Source of the DNA: an uncultured delta proteobacterium
Lineage (GTDB): Bacteria; Myxococcota_A; Polyangia; Fen-1088
Length of the DNA: 64,000 nt
Assembly (NCBI GenBank): GCA_963767925.1
Contig: CAVYGB010000002.1
Span: 1,664,001 to 1,728,000 of the forward strand
Direction: 5' to 3'
Shown here: piece by piece, positions 51,790 to 64,000 of the stretch
How positions within the stretch are numbered: position 1 is the first letter of the stretch
Layout of the letters: every line of letters begins with the position of its first letter
The notes under the pieces: model-generated
Told to the model about the DNA's origin: nothing
Databases searched by the model: none
Seen by the model: only the letters and a program-made list of their open reading frames with translations
Made by a program: the position numbers and the translations under genes

Positions 51790-54164
51790 TCAGGCCCGGG
51801 TGAGGAAGCGGGCCAGGATGGTCTTGATCCCCACCTGCGGGAACCGCATGGTGACCTTGAGGTCGGCGCCCACCGACTGCCAGCCGCGCACCTCACCCAC
51901 CCCGAACTGGGCGTGGCGCAGGCGCCCGCCGATCCGCAGGCCCATGGAATCGGACGAGCCGTCGTCGTCGTCGCCGCCCCCACCCGCGTCCTCGTCGTAC
52001 TCCACCCGGATCTGCCCGGGCTCGGCCGGCCGGACCGGGCGGGCCGCCGCCCGGGCGCTGGTCCGCGGGTCGACCCGGTCGGGCAGGTAGACGTCGCGGT
52101 TCCAGCGGCCCGCCCAGGGGCCCGTCCCCTCGGTCCGCGCCGTCAGGTAGGCCGGGCGGGGCTGGGTGATGTTCTCCACGATGTCTTCGGGAGATCGCGC
52201 AGGAAGCGGCTCGGGCATCCCGGGCAGCTCCTGCCCCGACAGCCGCCGCCGCCGCACGCGGGTGACGAACAGCCGGCGCATGGCCCGGGTCACCGCCACG
52301 TAACAGAGCCGCCGCTCCTCCTCGACCGCGACCTCGTCGTCGATGCTGCGGGCGTGGGGGAAGACGTTCTCCTCGAGCCCGGTGAGGAACACCCAGGGGA
52401 ACTCCAGCCCCTTGGCCGTGTGCACGGTCATCAGCGAGACCGCGCCCCGGTCGGGATCGTAGCCGTCGACGTCGGCGACCAGCGCCACCCGCTCGAGGAA
52501 GCCGGCCAGCGAGGGCTCCTCGGCCTCCTTCTCGTACTCCCGCATCTGGGCGACGAGCTCGAGCAGGTTCTCGATCCGCCCCTCCGCCTCCAGGGAGGCC
52601 TCCTGCGGCCAGGGCGTCCCGGTAGCCGCTGTCCTCCAGCACCTTCTCGGCCAGGGCGGCCGGCGACAGCCCGGGCGCCGCCGCGCGCAGCCTGTCGATC
52701 AGGTCGACGAAGGCGCCCAGCTTGCGGGCGGGCGCGCTGGCCAGCCCCAGCCCGGCCTGCCCGGGGTCGCCGGCGGCGGCCCGCATCGCCGCGAACAGGG
52801 GCTCGCGCCGCTGGCGGGCCAGGGCCACGACCTTCTCGACCGTCGAGTCTCCGATCCCGCGGGCCGGCACGTTGACGATGCGCAGGAGCCCCAGCTCGTC
52901 GTCGAGGTTCTGCACCACCCGCATGTAGGCGATGAGGTCCTTGATCTCGGCGCGGTCGTAAAAGCGCGTGCCCCCCACCACCGTGTAGGGGATGTCGTGG
53001 TTGCGGAGGGCGTCCTCCAGCGCGCGCGACTGGGCGTTGGTCCGGTAGAACACAGCCAGCTCCCGGGGCGCCAGGTCGCTGCGGATGGCGCTCTCCAGGG
53101 TGGCGGCCACGAACTCGGCCTCGTCCCGCTCGGTCTCCCCCTCGAAGGAGATGATGGGCTCGCCCGGCGGTGGCCTCGGTGAAGAGCTGCTTCTCCCGCC
53201 GCTCGGTGTTGCGGGAGATGACGGCGTTGGCCGCCCGCAGGATGTTCCCGGTCGAGCGGTAGTTCTGCTCCAGCTTGATCACCCCCGCGCCGGGGTGGTC
53301 CCGCTCGAAGTCGAGGATGTTGCGGATGTCGGCGCCCCGCCACTTGTAGATCGACTGGTCCTCGTCGCCCACCACGGTGATGCTGCGCCCCTTGTGCGAG
53401 AGGAACTTCACCAGCCGGTACTGCACGCTGTTGGTGTCCTGGAACTCGTCGACCAGCACGTGCAAGAACCGGTCGGCCAGCTCGGCCGCCTCCGGGCTCT
53501 CCGAGGCGAGCAGGCGCAGGGCCTCGACCAGCAGGCCCCCGAAGTCGATGGCGTTGGCCGCCCGCAGCCGCTCCTCGTAGGCCACGTAGGCCTTGCCCAC
53601 CACGTCGTCGAAGTAGTCCGAGCGGGCGAAGGTGTCCGGCGTGAGCCCCTGGTTCTTGGCCCGGTCGATGCTGCTCAGCACCTGGCGCACCGGGAACAGC
53701 CGCTCGGACACCTCCAGGTCGGCCAGCACCCGGGCCAGCAGGCGCTTCTGGTCGTCGTCGTCGTAGATGACGAAGTCGCGCCGCAGGCCGATGGCCTCGC
53801 CCCAGCGGCGCAACATGCGCGCGCACAGGGCGTGAAAGGTGCCGATCCACAGGCCGCCCAGGTCGCCCGCGCCCCGGGGCCCCGTCCCCAGCAGCCGCCC
53901 GACCCGCTCGCGCAGCTCGCCGGCGGCCTTGTTGGTGAAGGTGACCACCATGATCCGGCGGGGGTCGGCCCCCCGGGCCAGCAGGCGGGCCAGCCGGTAG
54001 GTGATCACCCGCGTCTTGCCCGAGCCGGCCCCCGCGATGACCAGCAGCGGCCGCGGCGGGAACAGCACCGCTTCGAGCTGGGCGGGGTTCAGCTCGGCGG
54101 CGAGCGCCTCGCTGGAGAACCGCTCCGGCAGGCTCGGGCGTTCTTCCGTCTTCTCGGGCTCCAC
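51790..54164 (-). CDS. uvrD: UvrD/PcrA SF1A DNA helicase (apparent indels at about 53165, 52606 and a compensating pair at 52190-52213)
   Basis: AGAGSGKT, VDEFQD, VGDEDQSIY.WRGA, LEQNYRS, YRTNAQSR, TVHTAKGLEF, EEERRLCYVAVTRA and the C-terminal H..FG.G domain. Confidence 0.93.
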
Positions 54165-54219
54165 CCCCCGGTTATAGCTCGCCCGAGGCGGCGTCCGGGA
54201 GGTGGTGAGAGGGCGACCC

Positions 54220-57200
54220 TCACTCCGTGGTGGTCTGACCCTTGCGCCGGAGCTGCGAGGGGAAAGGCGGCTGCGTCTCGCCGTTGGCCGGCACCGCCGG
54301 GCTCCCCGCCCGCACCAGGCTGGGGCCCTGCTTCTGCAGGACGATCAGCGTCGCCACCGTCTGGATCTCGTTGGTCTCGCGGGCGAACACCTGGATGATG
54401 TTGCTGCCCGGCCACAGCGGCACGTCGGTCTGGAAGGGCAGGCGGGTCTTCTCGCCCCGGTTGGGCAGGTAAAAGACCTTCTTGGCCGGCATCTTCGAGT
54501 CGCGGTTGTAGACCCGGATGAACAGGTCCTTGACCTGCATGTCGTCGGTCACCACGCCCTTGACGGTGACCGCCGGGCCGTTGACCACCGTGGCGGCGTT
54601 CACCGTCAGCGAGGGCGGCGTCACCTCCAGCTCGGCTGGAAGGCAATCTTGGGGGTGCCCCCCTGCTTGACGTCGGCGATCGCCACGAAGGCCGGCCGCC
54701 CGGGCTCGATCTCCACCCGCGAGAAGTCGCCGGCCTTGCCGGTCACCTTGAAGGCCGCCCCCGCGGGCGCCCGGCCCACCACCAGGGCGTCGGCGGCCGG
54801 TGACTCGCGCAGCACCACGTCGGGCCGGCTCATCGTCACCGCGCCGGTGGCGGCCTCGATCGGGGTCGAGCGAGGTGGCCACCTTGATCTTGATCTTGTC
54901 GGTCACCGACTCGCTCAGGACCGAGTCGCCCACCATCAGCTCGAGCTGGTACTCCTCGCCCCGGAAGTCGGGGCCGACTTCGTAGATGAAGGAGAAGTTC
55001 TTCGAGGCGCCCGCCGCCAGGTCCTTGGCCTCGAAGCGCCCGGCGCTGATGAGGATGCCCTCCTGCCCCGGCTGGTTGCGCAAGATGGCCTCGGTCTTGA
55101 TGGAGGCCCCGGCGCCGATGTTCTTCACCTTGACCAGCAGGCGGACCTTCTCGCCGATCTGCACCCGCCCGTCCTGGTTGCCCTTGACGTCGTCGACCGT
55201 CTGGTAGGCGTAGGCGAACAGCGGCCGGGCCTTGCCCTCGATGTTGAAGGTCAGCTCGGGCACGTTGGCCTTGAGGGTGCCCTGGGCGAACAGGTTGGCC
55301 CGGATGACGTCGGTGCGGGTGAGCGTGTTCTTGGGCAGCTTGACCACCAGGTCGTAGCTCTTGCTCTCGCCCGGGCCGATCTTGCCGAACACCATCTCGT
55401 TCTCGTCGAAGTAAGGGTTCTCGCTCTTCAGCAGGGCGTGCACCCGGTGCACCGCCGCGGTGCCGGTGTTGCGTGACGGTGCCCCGGATCTTCACCGTGG
55501 TGCCCGCGGCGACCTTGGCGTCGCCGCCCACCACCGAGAGGGCGACCTGGACCTGCCCGGCGTTGGGGGTGGCCGGACCGGGGTTCCAGTCGACGCCCAG
55601 CTTCTCGAGGGCGCCGCTGATCCGCTTGTCCTCTTCGGTGCGGGACTTGTCGAAGAAGGCCTTCGAGCCGCTGCAGGATGTCCCGGCGGCGCGGCGACTT
55701 GGCCTGGGCCAGCAGGTCGCGGGCGAACTCCATCGGGTAGTCGACGAGGTTCTCCTCGGCCGCCTCCTCTTCCTCGTCGTCCTCCGCCGTGTGGGCGTCC
55801 TCGTCCTCGTCGTCGAGGGCGGCCTGCTCGCGCTTCTCCATGCCCGGCGGGGGCACGAACAGGTAAGACACCACCTCGGAGGGCTTGGCCCCCCGGCGGG
55901 CGGTGGGGTGGTCGAGGTGCCACTCGTAGTCCGACTCCTGCCGCCGGCGGGCCGACTTCTGGAGCTGGATCATGGTCTGGTCGTCGTACTTCTGGACGCG
56001 CAGCCGCACCAGCTCGACGTCGGGGGTCACGCCCACGCCCTGGATCGACAGGTCGCCAGGGGTCAGGTACTGGGCGGTGGTGAGCTTGAGGCCCAGCCGC
56101 TCGTCCTCGTTGGGCTTGTTGCCGTTGCTGGCCACCGGCGAGGAGATGTCGAACAACATCTGGACCGACCCCTTGCCGAAGGTGGTCTCCCCGACGACGA
56201 CGCCGCGGTCGAGGTTCTTGACCGCGCCGGCCACGATCTCCGAGGCGCTGGCCGAGCCCTGGTTGACGAGCACGGCGATCGGCAGCTTGGTGCTGCCACC
56301 GCGGGTGGCGTGCTCGTCCTTGCGCTGCGAGCCGCCCACGCCCACCATCGACACCAGCACGCCGGAGTCGATGAACGCGTCGGCCACCTTCTGGGCCTGA
56401 TCGTAGAGCCCGCCCGGATTGCTCCGGAGGTCCATGATGATGCCCTTGACCTTCTCCCGGTCGAACAGGGAGAGCGCCTCCATGAGGTCGCGCTCGGTGT
56501 TGGCGCTGAAGTTGACGATGCGGAAGTAGCCGATCTTGGCGGCGGGCTGCCCGGGGCTGGCCGCCGAGGTCAACACCCGCGGGGGCGGATCGATCGCGGG
56601 CGGCCGGATCGAGTCGCGGATGATCGTGTACTTGCGCGCGCCCTCGACCCCGTTGCGCTCGATGTAGACGTCGACCGGCGAGCCCACGTCGCCGCGCAGC
56701 CGCTCGACCGCCTCGGCGAGAGTCATGTTGACCGTCGACTCGTTGTTGATGCGGGCGATGTGGTCCTTGGCCTTGATGCCCGCCTTGCTGGCCGGCGTCT
56801 CCGGCATCGGCTTCTTGACGACGATGCGCCCCTTGGGGTCCATGCCGATCACGATGCCGAGGCCGCCGAACTTGCCCTGGGTCTGGGTCCGCATCTCCTT
56901 GAAGCTCTCGACGTCGAGGAGCACCGAGTGCGGATCGAGGGTGTAGAGCATGCCGTTGGCCGCCGCGATCTCGACCTCCATCAGGCGGCGGGACTCGTCT
57001 TTGGCCCCGACCGGCTGCAGGTTGGGCTGCACGAAGCGGAAGATCTCCTGGAGCGTGGTCCGCATGGTCCAGGGCGAGTCGACCTTCTCGATGTTGAAGG
57101 TGTGCTCCTGTCCGCCGACGCGCACCTTCACCTGCTTGGGGTCGCGCTCCGGATAACGATCGATGATGATCTCCGGGACATCGCGCTGCAGGAAGTCCAG

Positions 57201-57443
57201 GGCCCCGACCAGCATCCGCTTGTGGTCGAAGCGCGATTTGTCGAAGTAGTTCTCCCTGACGTAAAAGAGCGTCTTGGTGATGATCTGGACGCCCGAGAGG
57301 TCATAGGCCGCCGCCTGCCGCACCGCCGCCCGCAGGGGCGCGTTGGCCTCCAGTTGCAGATCGTCTCCGCGGTGCCGAACGGAGAGGACGAGCGCCATCA
57401 GGGCGGCACCGACGAGGATGATGATCTTTCGGAAACGACGCAT
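54220..57443 (-). CDS. S41 carboxyl-terminal processing protease with PDZ domain and long beta-rich C-terminal extension (myxobacterial long form; about four apparent indels)
   Basis: LDPHS, FGGLGI, PASKAGI, DLRSNPGG, SASASEIVAG, GKGSVQ and TTAQYLTP. Confidence 0.9.
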
Positions 57444-57635
57444 TGGCAGCTCCCGGGAAACAGAGGACGAAGCAGGGGTCGGACCCACAGCGGGTCCGTC
57501 TGCGCTGGCAGCACTTGGGGGGGGACCGGAAGGATCGTCGAGCAGATCCATGCAGGCGAATCATAGCAAGATGCCCGCCAGGACGTCCCCGCTTTCTCCG
57601 GACGGCCTGCCCGACCTGCTACCCAATTTGTTGCC

Positions 57636-57678
57636 CCCTTGCCGCTGCCCTTGCCGCTGCCCTGGCCACTGCCCTGGC
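57636..57678. repeat. 12-bp tandem repeat CCCT(T/G)GCC(G/A)CTG, about 3.6 copies
   Basis: Read directly in the divergent intergenic region. Confidence 0.7.
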
Positions 57679-57737
57679 AGCAGGCCGGGGGGTCTCAGGT
57701 ATGCCAGCCCCACCACCCCTCACGAGAGTGACCCGAC

Positions 57738-60044
57738 GTGCTTAGAAGGATCATAGAGCATCCCGCGCGCCTGCGCTTGGCGCGCCTGGCCGCGATCGTC
57801 GTACCGGCAATTTTAGCCGCCCGGCCGCTCGGCGACGACCGTCACGCGCTCGCCGGTCGCTGGGTGCCGGAACCGCACGCGATCGACCTGTGGCTGCAGG
57901 ACGGAAATGGAACCGATTTCGATCAGGCGGCCATCAAGGCGGCCAGCCGCGCGCAGCTCGCCGAGGGCTTGAACCGCGCCGAGCAGCGGACGCCGGCCCC
58001 GGTTCACAGCGGCTTTACCACCGTGGGAAGCGTCGCGCTGCTCGAGGGGGACGACAGCACGGTGACCGGCATGGGCGAAGGCCTCGGCATCTCCGGGCGG
58101 AACCTGCCCAACATCACCAGCCGCTTCATCCAGGCCTTCGGCGACGACTACGACCAGATCGCGGTGTTCCTGTCGTTCAACGATCGGGCCTCGCCCACCG
58201 CGCTCGCCTACCAGATGCCCGTGCGCAACGACACCCGCGGGCTGGGCATCCCGGTCTTCGACAACACCGCCCTGTTCGGCTCGAGCGGCAAGATGCAGAC
58301 CGTCCTCAACATGAAGCGGATCGGCCTCTACGGCCGGGGTGCGGCCGACGACCCCGACAGCGGCCTGTACGCCGTCTGGGCCCAGGAGGCGGCCCACCGC
58401 TGGCTCGTCTACTTCCGCCTGCGCCGGGAGGGGGAAACCGCCAACACCGAGGCCCTGCTGGGCCGCATGCTGGCCCACTGGAAGAACAACGTGCAGGCCG
58501 ACGGCTCGATCCTCGACGGCTATTCGTGGAAGGACAACGGCGACGGCAGCTACTCGACGCTCGACCGGGGGGTGCGCTACGGCCCGCTCGATCAGTACGG
58601 CATGGGCCTGCGCCTGGCCAGCGAGGTCCCCCCCTTCTTCCTGCTCGAGCGGATGACCGACATGCAGGGTCGGATGGTCATGTCCGGCTTCGCCCGCGGA
58701 ACGCGTTATCTCGCCAGCCGCGTCGACCTCACGGTGGAGGACATCGTGCGGGCCAACGGCCCCCGCGAGCCGGCCAGCGACCCGGTAGCGGGTGACCTGC
58801 GCATGGCGGTCGTGCTGATCAGCGCGCCCGGGCAGCCCGCCTCGGAGCTGATCGGCGAGGCCTTCCAGATCGACAACACCCGGCGCCTGTGGACCGAGTT
58901 CTACAACACCGCCGGCGGCGGCCGAGGCAAGGTCTGCACCGACCTGCTACGCCCCTGCCGGGGCGACACCTACGAGCTCGGCGAGCTGGAGCTGGCCGAG
59001 TCCCCCCGGCTGGTCGGCGGCGACGGCGCCGTCACCCGGGGCGAGGCGCTGGCCTTGAAGCTCAAGGTGACAAACGTCGGCGACGCCCCCGGGCGGGCCA
59101 GCCTGATCGTCGAGTCGCAGGGCCTGCTGGCGATGTCCCCGGTCAATGGCCAGACAGCGACCCTGGCCCCCGGCCAGTCGACCGTCGTGACCCTCGAGGG
59201 GCGGGTCAACGCCGAGGCGGCCTGCGGCCAGCCCTTCACGGTTGACGTGCGCACGGCGGGAGCCAAGGGCCCCTCGCGGGCCTTCTTCCAGGCGGCCCTG
59301 GGGGTCTCTCCCAAGCAGGTCGAGAGCTTCGACGGCGGGCCGGCGGCCGGCTGGCGGGTGAACCCCGACGGCGACGACGCCGGCACGGCCGGGCGCTGGG
59401 CCCAGGGGACGCCCCTGCGCTCGGTGGAGTTCGCCTACACCCTGCAGCCGGGGGCGGCCTTCACCGGCACGGGGGCCTTCGCCACCGGGCTGACCGCCGA
59501 TCTGCTCGACAACGTCGAGGGCAAGACGACGCTGGAGTCGCCGGCCTTCGGCATCCGGGGGCTGCGGCAGCCCTACCTCTCGTATCAGGCCTATTTCGTG
59601 GCCGCCGACTTTCGCAACGAGCTGCTGGTGCCCGGCCCGGGGTCGCTGGCGGTGCAGGCCTCGGTCGACGGTGCGCCCTGGGTGGAGGTGGACCGGCTGG
59701 CCGGGATGGCGACCGGCTGGCAGCGGCGGCTGGTGCGGCTGTCGGACCGGGCGGGGGCCGCGGTGGCGGCCGGCGCGGAGGTGCGCTTCCGCTTCGTCGC
59801 CGAGGAGCCCGCCTCCGGGGCGCGGCCGGTCATCGAGGCCGTGATCGACGACGTCGGCATCCACGACGAGTCCCCCGGCTGCGACGCCGCCACGCCGGTG
59901 ACCCCCGACATCCCGGCCCCCACCGAGGAGGCCGGCTGCGGCTGCGCGGTGGGGTCGCGCCCGCCCGGCGAGGCCCGCTGGGCCCTGGCCCTCGGCGCCC
60001 TGCTGGCGCTGGCCCTGCGCCGCCGCCGGCAAGGCCGCCGGTGA
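57738..60044 (+). CDS. Secreted metallopeptidase-like protein with MYXO-CTERM-type sorting signal
   Basis: QEAAHRW..LLGR..HW, LDQYGMGL, Ig-like and jelly-roll regions, C-terminal GCGCAVG-hydrophobic-RRRR; start uncertain. Confidence 0.8.
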   Translation: MLRRIIEHPARLRLARLAAIVVPAILAARPLGDDRHALAGRWVPEPHAIDLWLQDGNGTDFDQAAIKAASRAQLAEGLNRAEQRTPAPVHSGFTTVGSVALLEGDDSTVTGMGEGLGISGRNLPNITSRFIQAFGDDYDQIAVFLSFNDRASPTALAYQMPVRNDTRGLGIPVFDNTALFGSSGKMQTVLNMKRIGLYGRGAADDPDSGLYAVWAQEAAHRWLVYFRLRREGETANTEALLGRMLAHWKNNVQADGSILDGYSWKDNGDGSYSTLDRGVRYGPLDQYGMGLRLASEVPPFFLLERMTDMQGRMVMSGFARGTRYLASRVDLTVEDIVRANGPREPASDPVAGDLRMAVVLISAPGQPASELIGEAFQIDNTRRLWTEFYNTAGGGRGKVCTDLLRPCRGDTYELGELELAESPRLVGGDGAVTRGEALALKLKVTNVGDAPGRASLIVESQGLLAMSPVNGQTATLAPGQSTVVTLEGRVNAEAACGQPFTVDVRTAGAKGPSRAFFQAALGVSPKQVESFDGGPAAGWRVNPDGDDAGTAGRWAQGTPLRSVEFAYTLQPGAAFTGTGAFATGLTADLLDNVEGKTTLESPAFGIRGLRQPYLSYQAYFVAADFRNELLVPGPGSLAVQASVDGAPWVEVDRLAGMATGWQRRLVRLSDRAGAAVAAGAEVRFRFVAEEPASGARPVIEAVIDDVGIHDESPGCDAATPVTPDIPAPTEEAGCGCAVGSRPPGEARWALALGALLALALRRRRQGRR

Positions 60045-60123
60045 CCGCCACGCACCATCGGCCGGTGACCCCTGCCTGATCCCGCGGGCGTGGTGGAGCG
60101 GGGAAGGGCGCTGCCGGTGGCCC

Positions 60124-61035
60124 TTGTCTGATCCCGCGTCCGCGCGGCCGGGCCTGGGGGTGCTCTACGTCGTGGCCTCCCCGCTGGGCAACCCGGGCGA
60201 CCTGTCGCGGCGGGCGGGCGAGACGCTGGCGGCGGCGGACGTCGTGTTCGCCGAGGACACACGGACGGCGCGGCGGCTGTTCGAGTCGCTGGGGATTGAC
60301 CGGCCGCTCCGCTCCTGCTTCGACGCCAACGAGCCCGACCGGGCCCGCGAGCTGGGCGACCTGCTCGCGGCCGGGCAAAACGTCGCCCTGGTCAGCGAGG
60401 CCGGCACCCCCGCCGTGTCCGACCCTGGCTTCCGGCTGGTGCGCGCCGCCATCGAGGCCGGCGCCCGGGTGGTGCCGATCCCGGGCCCCTCCGCCCTGCT
60501 CGCCGCCCTCGTCGCCTCCGGCCTGCCTACCGACCGCTTCCTGTTCCTGGGCTTCCCCCCGCGCAAGCCCGGCGCCCGCCGCGCCTTCTTCGAGCCCTAC
60601 CAGACCCTGCCCGCCACCCTCGTCCTCTACGAGTCGCCCCACCGGGTACCCGACACCCTCGCCGACCTGGCGGCGGTCTTCGGCCCCGACCGCCCCGCCT
60701 GCCTGGCGCGCGAGCTGACGAAGACCCACGAGGAGCTGGTGCGCGCCCCCCTGGGCGACCTGGCCGCCCGCTACGCCGACGCGCGTCCCCTCGGTGAGGT
60801 CACCCTCGTCGTGGCAGGCGCCCCCGCCCCCGACGAGAGCGCCGACCCCACCACCAGCGACCCCGGCCTCCGGCAGCGCGCCACCCGCCTCCTGCGCGGC
60901 GGCTACAGCCCCCGCGACGTCGCCAGCATCCTCGCCACCGAGACCACCCTCCCCCGCCGCGACATGTACCGCCTCGCCCTCCACCTCGCCCCCGGCACCC
61001 CCGCCGGCGCCGAGGACCCGGACCCCTCGGCCTGA
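60124..61035 (+). CDS. rsmI: 16S rRNA (cytidine1402-2'-O)-methyltransferase
   Basis: LYVVASPLGN, AEDTR, SEAGTPAVSDPG, PGPSA, YESPHR and RELTKTHEE. Confidence 0.96.
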   Translation: MSDPASARPGLGVLYVVASPLGNPGDLSRRAGETLAAADVVFAEDTRTARRLFESLGIDRPLRSCFDANEPDRARELGDLLAAGQNVALVSEAGTPAVSDPGFRLVRAAIEAGARVVPIPGPSALLAALVASGLPTDRFLFLGFPPRKPGARRAFFEPYQTLPATLVLYESPHRVPDTLADLAAVFGPDRPACLARELTKTHEELVRAPLGDLAARYADARPLGEVTLVVAGAPAPDESADPTTSDPGLRQRATRLLRGGYSPRDVASILATETTLPRRDMYRLALHLAPGTPAGAEDPDPSA

Positions 61036-61204
61036 CCCCTCACCCCTCCCTGCACCCGCTGGCGCGGGGCGAGGGCGAACGGTCAGCCCGGCGCCGACAT
61101 GTTCGGCGATTGCACGAGGAGCGTGGGCTCGGGCGAGGATCGGGTCACCTGGTCGACCGTTCGCCCTCGCCCCGCGCCGCGGGGAGAGGGTTGGGGTTAG
61201 GGGG
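61036..61204. repeat. Inverted REP doublet E (arms 61036-61080 and 61159-61204, 78-bp spacer)
   Basis: Same arm consensus; begins right after the rsmI stop, between convergent genes. Confidence 0.85.
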
Positions 61205-61243
61205 ATCCGCTCGAGCCGTTCGGCGTTCTGGCCCCGCTGGCCG

Positions 61244-62695
<1,452 letters not shown>

Positions 62696-62738
62696 GCGCC
62701 AAATGTATCACCTGACGCGCTCGGCGCCCTACCGCCGC

Positions 62739-64000
62739 TCACGGCATCGGACGGGCGGGCGGCGGAACGATGCGGATCGGCTCGGACTCGCCCGCGTCGA
62801 GCGGCGCCGGCGGCGGCGTCATGTTGCGCTCGGCGGGCAGGGGCGGGGGCCGCTTCTTGTTCTCGGCGTAGGAGGCGAAGGCGTCGGCCTCCACCGGCAG
62901 CAGCACCGTGAAGGTGGAGCCGGCCCCTTGCTTGGAGCGCACCTCGATGGTGCCCCCGTGGTTCTCGATGATGCGCTGGCTGATGGGCAGGCCCAGGCCG
63001 GTCCCCTTCTCCTTGGTGGTGAAGAAGGGGATGAACAGGCTCTTGAGGTCGCCGGTGGGTATGCCCGCCCCCGTGTCCCGGAAGCGCACCTCCAGGAAGG
63101 CGGCCGCCACCCCCCGGCGGGTCGAGCGGCGCAGGCTGCTCGAGACGTGCAGCTTGCCCCCCGTGACCATGGCCTGGAGGGCGTTTATCGACAGGTTGAG
63201 GAACACCTGCCGGAGCTGCTCGGGATCGGCCCGCACCTGGGGCAGCCCCTCGACCAGGGCGGTGCTGATCTCCACCTTCTGGGCGTCCTCCTCGTTCTCC
63301 AGGAGCTGCAAGGTCTTGCGGACGACGTCGTTGATGTCGAGCGGCCGGGGGTCGCCCCGGTAGGGCCGGGCGTAGTCGAGGAACTGGGAGACGATCTTGT
63401 TGAGGCGATCGACCTCCTCGACGATGATGTTGAGGAACTCCTTGATCGAGCTGTCCTTGGACTCCTGCCCGATGGGCTGCAGCACCTGGGCGGCGCCCTT
63501 GATCGACCCCAGGGGGTTGCGGATCTCGTGGGCCAGGCCGGCCGCCATCTGCCCCAGGGCCGCCAGGCGCTCGCGCTCGCGCATCCGCTCGTAGAGCTGG
63601 GAGTTCTGCAGGGTGACCCCGATCGAGGCCGCCACCCCCCGGAACAGCTCGATCTCGTCGGAGGAGTAGGCCTCGCGCGCCTCGCGCAGCCGCTCGTCGC
63701 GCAGCACCAGCATGCCGAGGAGCTGCTCCTCGCCGGCGATGGCCAGCACCACCGAGCCGTTGATCAGCTCGAGGGCCCGGATCATCAGCGACAGGTTCTC
63801 CCGGTCCTCGCTCTGGGTGAGGCGCAGGGCCCCCATCTCCCGCTCGAGCCCCTCGATGGAGATGACCCCCACTCGCCGCAGGCGATCGAGGAAGGTCCGG
63901 TGGGCGACCGCGTCGATGCGGGCCTCGGGCCGGGGGCCGATGTGTCCGGCCAGCTCGTAGCCCGATCCGTCGGGGTCGACGATGTAGATGGCGGCGTGGG
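62739..64000 (-). CDS. Sensor histidine kinase with GAF-like domain, 5'-partial
   Basis: AHEIRNPL, QVFLNL..NA, DTGAGI, PFFTTK.KGTGLGL; frame open to the window edge. Confidence 0.95.
   Translation of the reverse strand, partial: HAAIYIVDPDGSGYELAGHIGPRPEARIDAVAHRTFLDRLRRVGVISIEGLEREMGALRLTQSEDRENLSLMIRALELINGSVVLAIAGEEQLLGMLVLRDERLREAREAYSSDEIELFRGVAASIGVTLQNSQLYERMRERERLAALGQMAAGLAHEIRNPLGSIKGAAQVLQPIGQESKDSSIKEFLNIIVEEVDRLNKIVSQFLDYARPYRGDPRPLDINDVVRKTLQLLENEEDAQKVEISTALVEGLPQVRADPEQLRQVFLNLSINALQAMVTGGKLHVSSSLRRSTRRGVAAAFLEVRFRDTGAGIPTGDLKSLFIPFFTTKEKGTGLGLPISQRIIENHGGTIEVRSKQGAGSTFTVLLPVEADAFASYAENKKRPPPLPAERNMTPPPAPLDAGESEPIRIVPPPARPMP

Overview
Very GC-rich bacterial chromosomal window, most likely Myxococcota (Polyangia-like). 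This rests on a MYXO-CTERM-type protein, PEGA-domain Ser/Thr kinases, a DUF1592/DUF1552 pair, a bactofilin and many Pro-rich lipoproteins. It carries about 48 genes, including housekeeping trpS, murJ, trmFO, xerC, hslVU, uvrD, rsmI and an NtrC-type two-component pair. Seven otherwise intact genes have 1-bp indels (MacB-like permease, three adaptors, hslU, uvrD, S41 protease) that look like long-read consensus errors. No rRNA, tRNA or CRISPR array was recognised. Best candidates for undescribed biology: (1) a complete type-I protein arginine methyltransferase (PRMT)-like gene with double-E loop and THW loop (32702-33688); (2) a tightly packed operon of HhH protein, pentapeptide-repeat/bactofilin-like fusion and bactofilin (20317-23021); (3) a dispersed family of inverted REP doublets (REPIN-like), one with a 4x 68-bp internal amplification; (4) a triple-adaptor MacB-type exporter with no local ATPase, upstream of an alginate lyase; (5) a four-helix-bundle gene with a period-6 hairpin next to an IS5 remnant; (6) a decayed xNLGG-repeat gene in a segment that may be inverted between xerC and hslVU. 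All family calls come from motif recognition by eye; no database searches were run.
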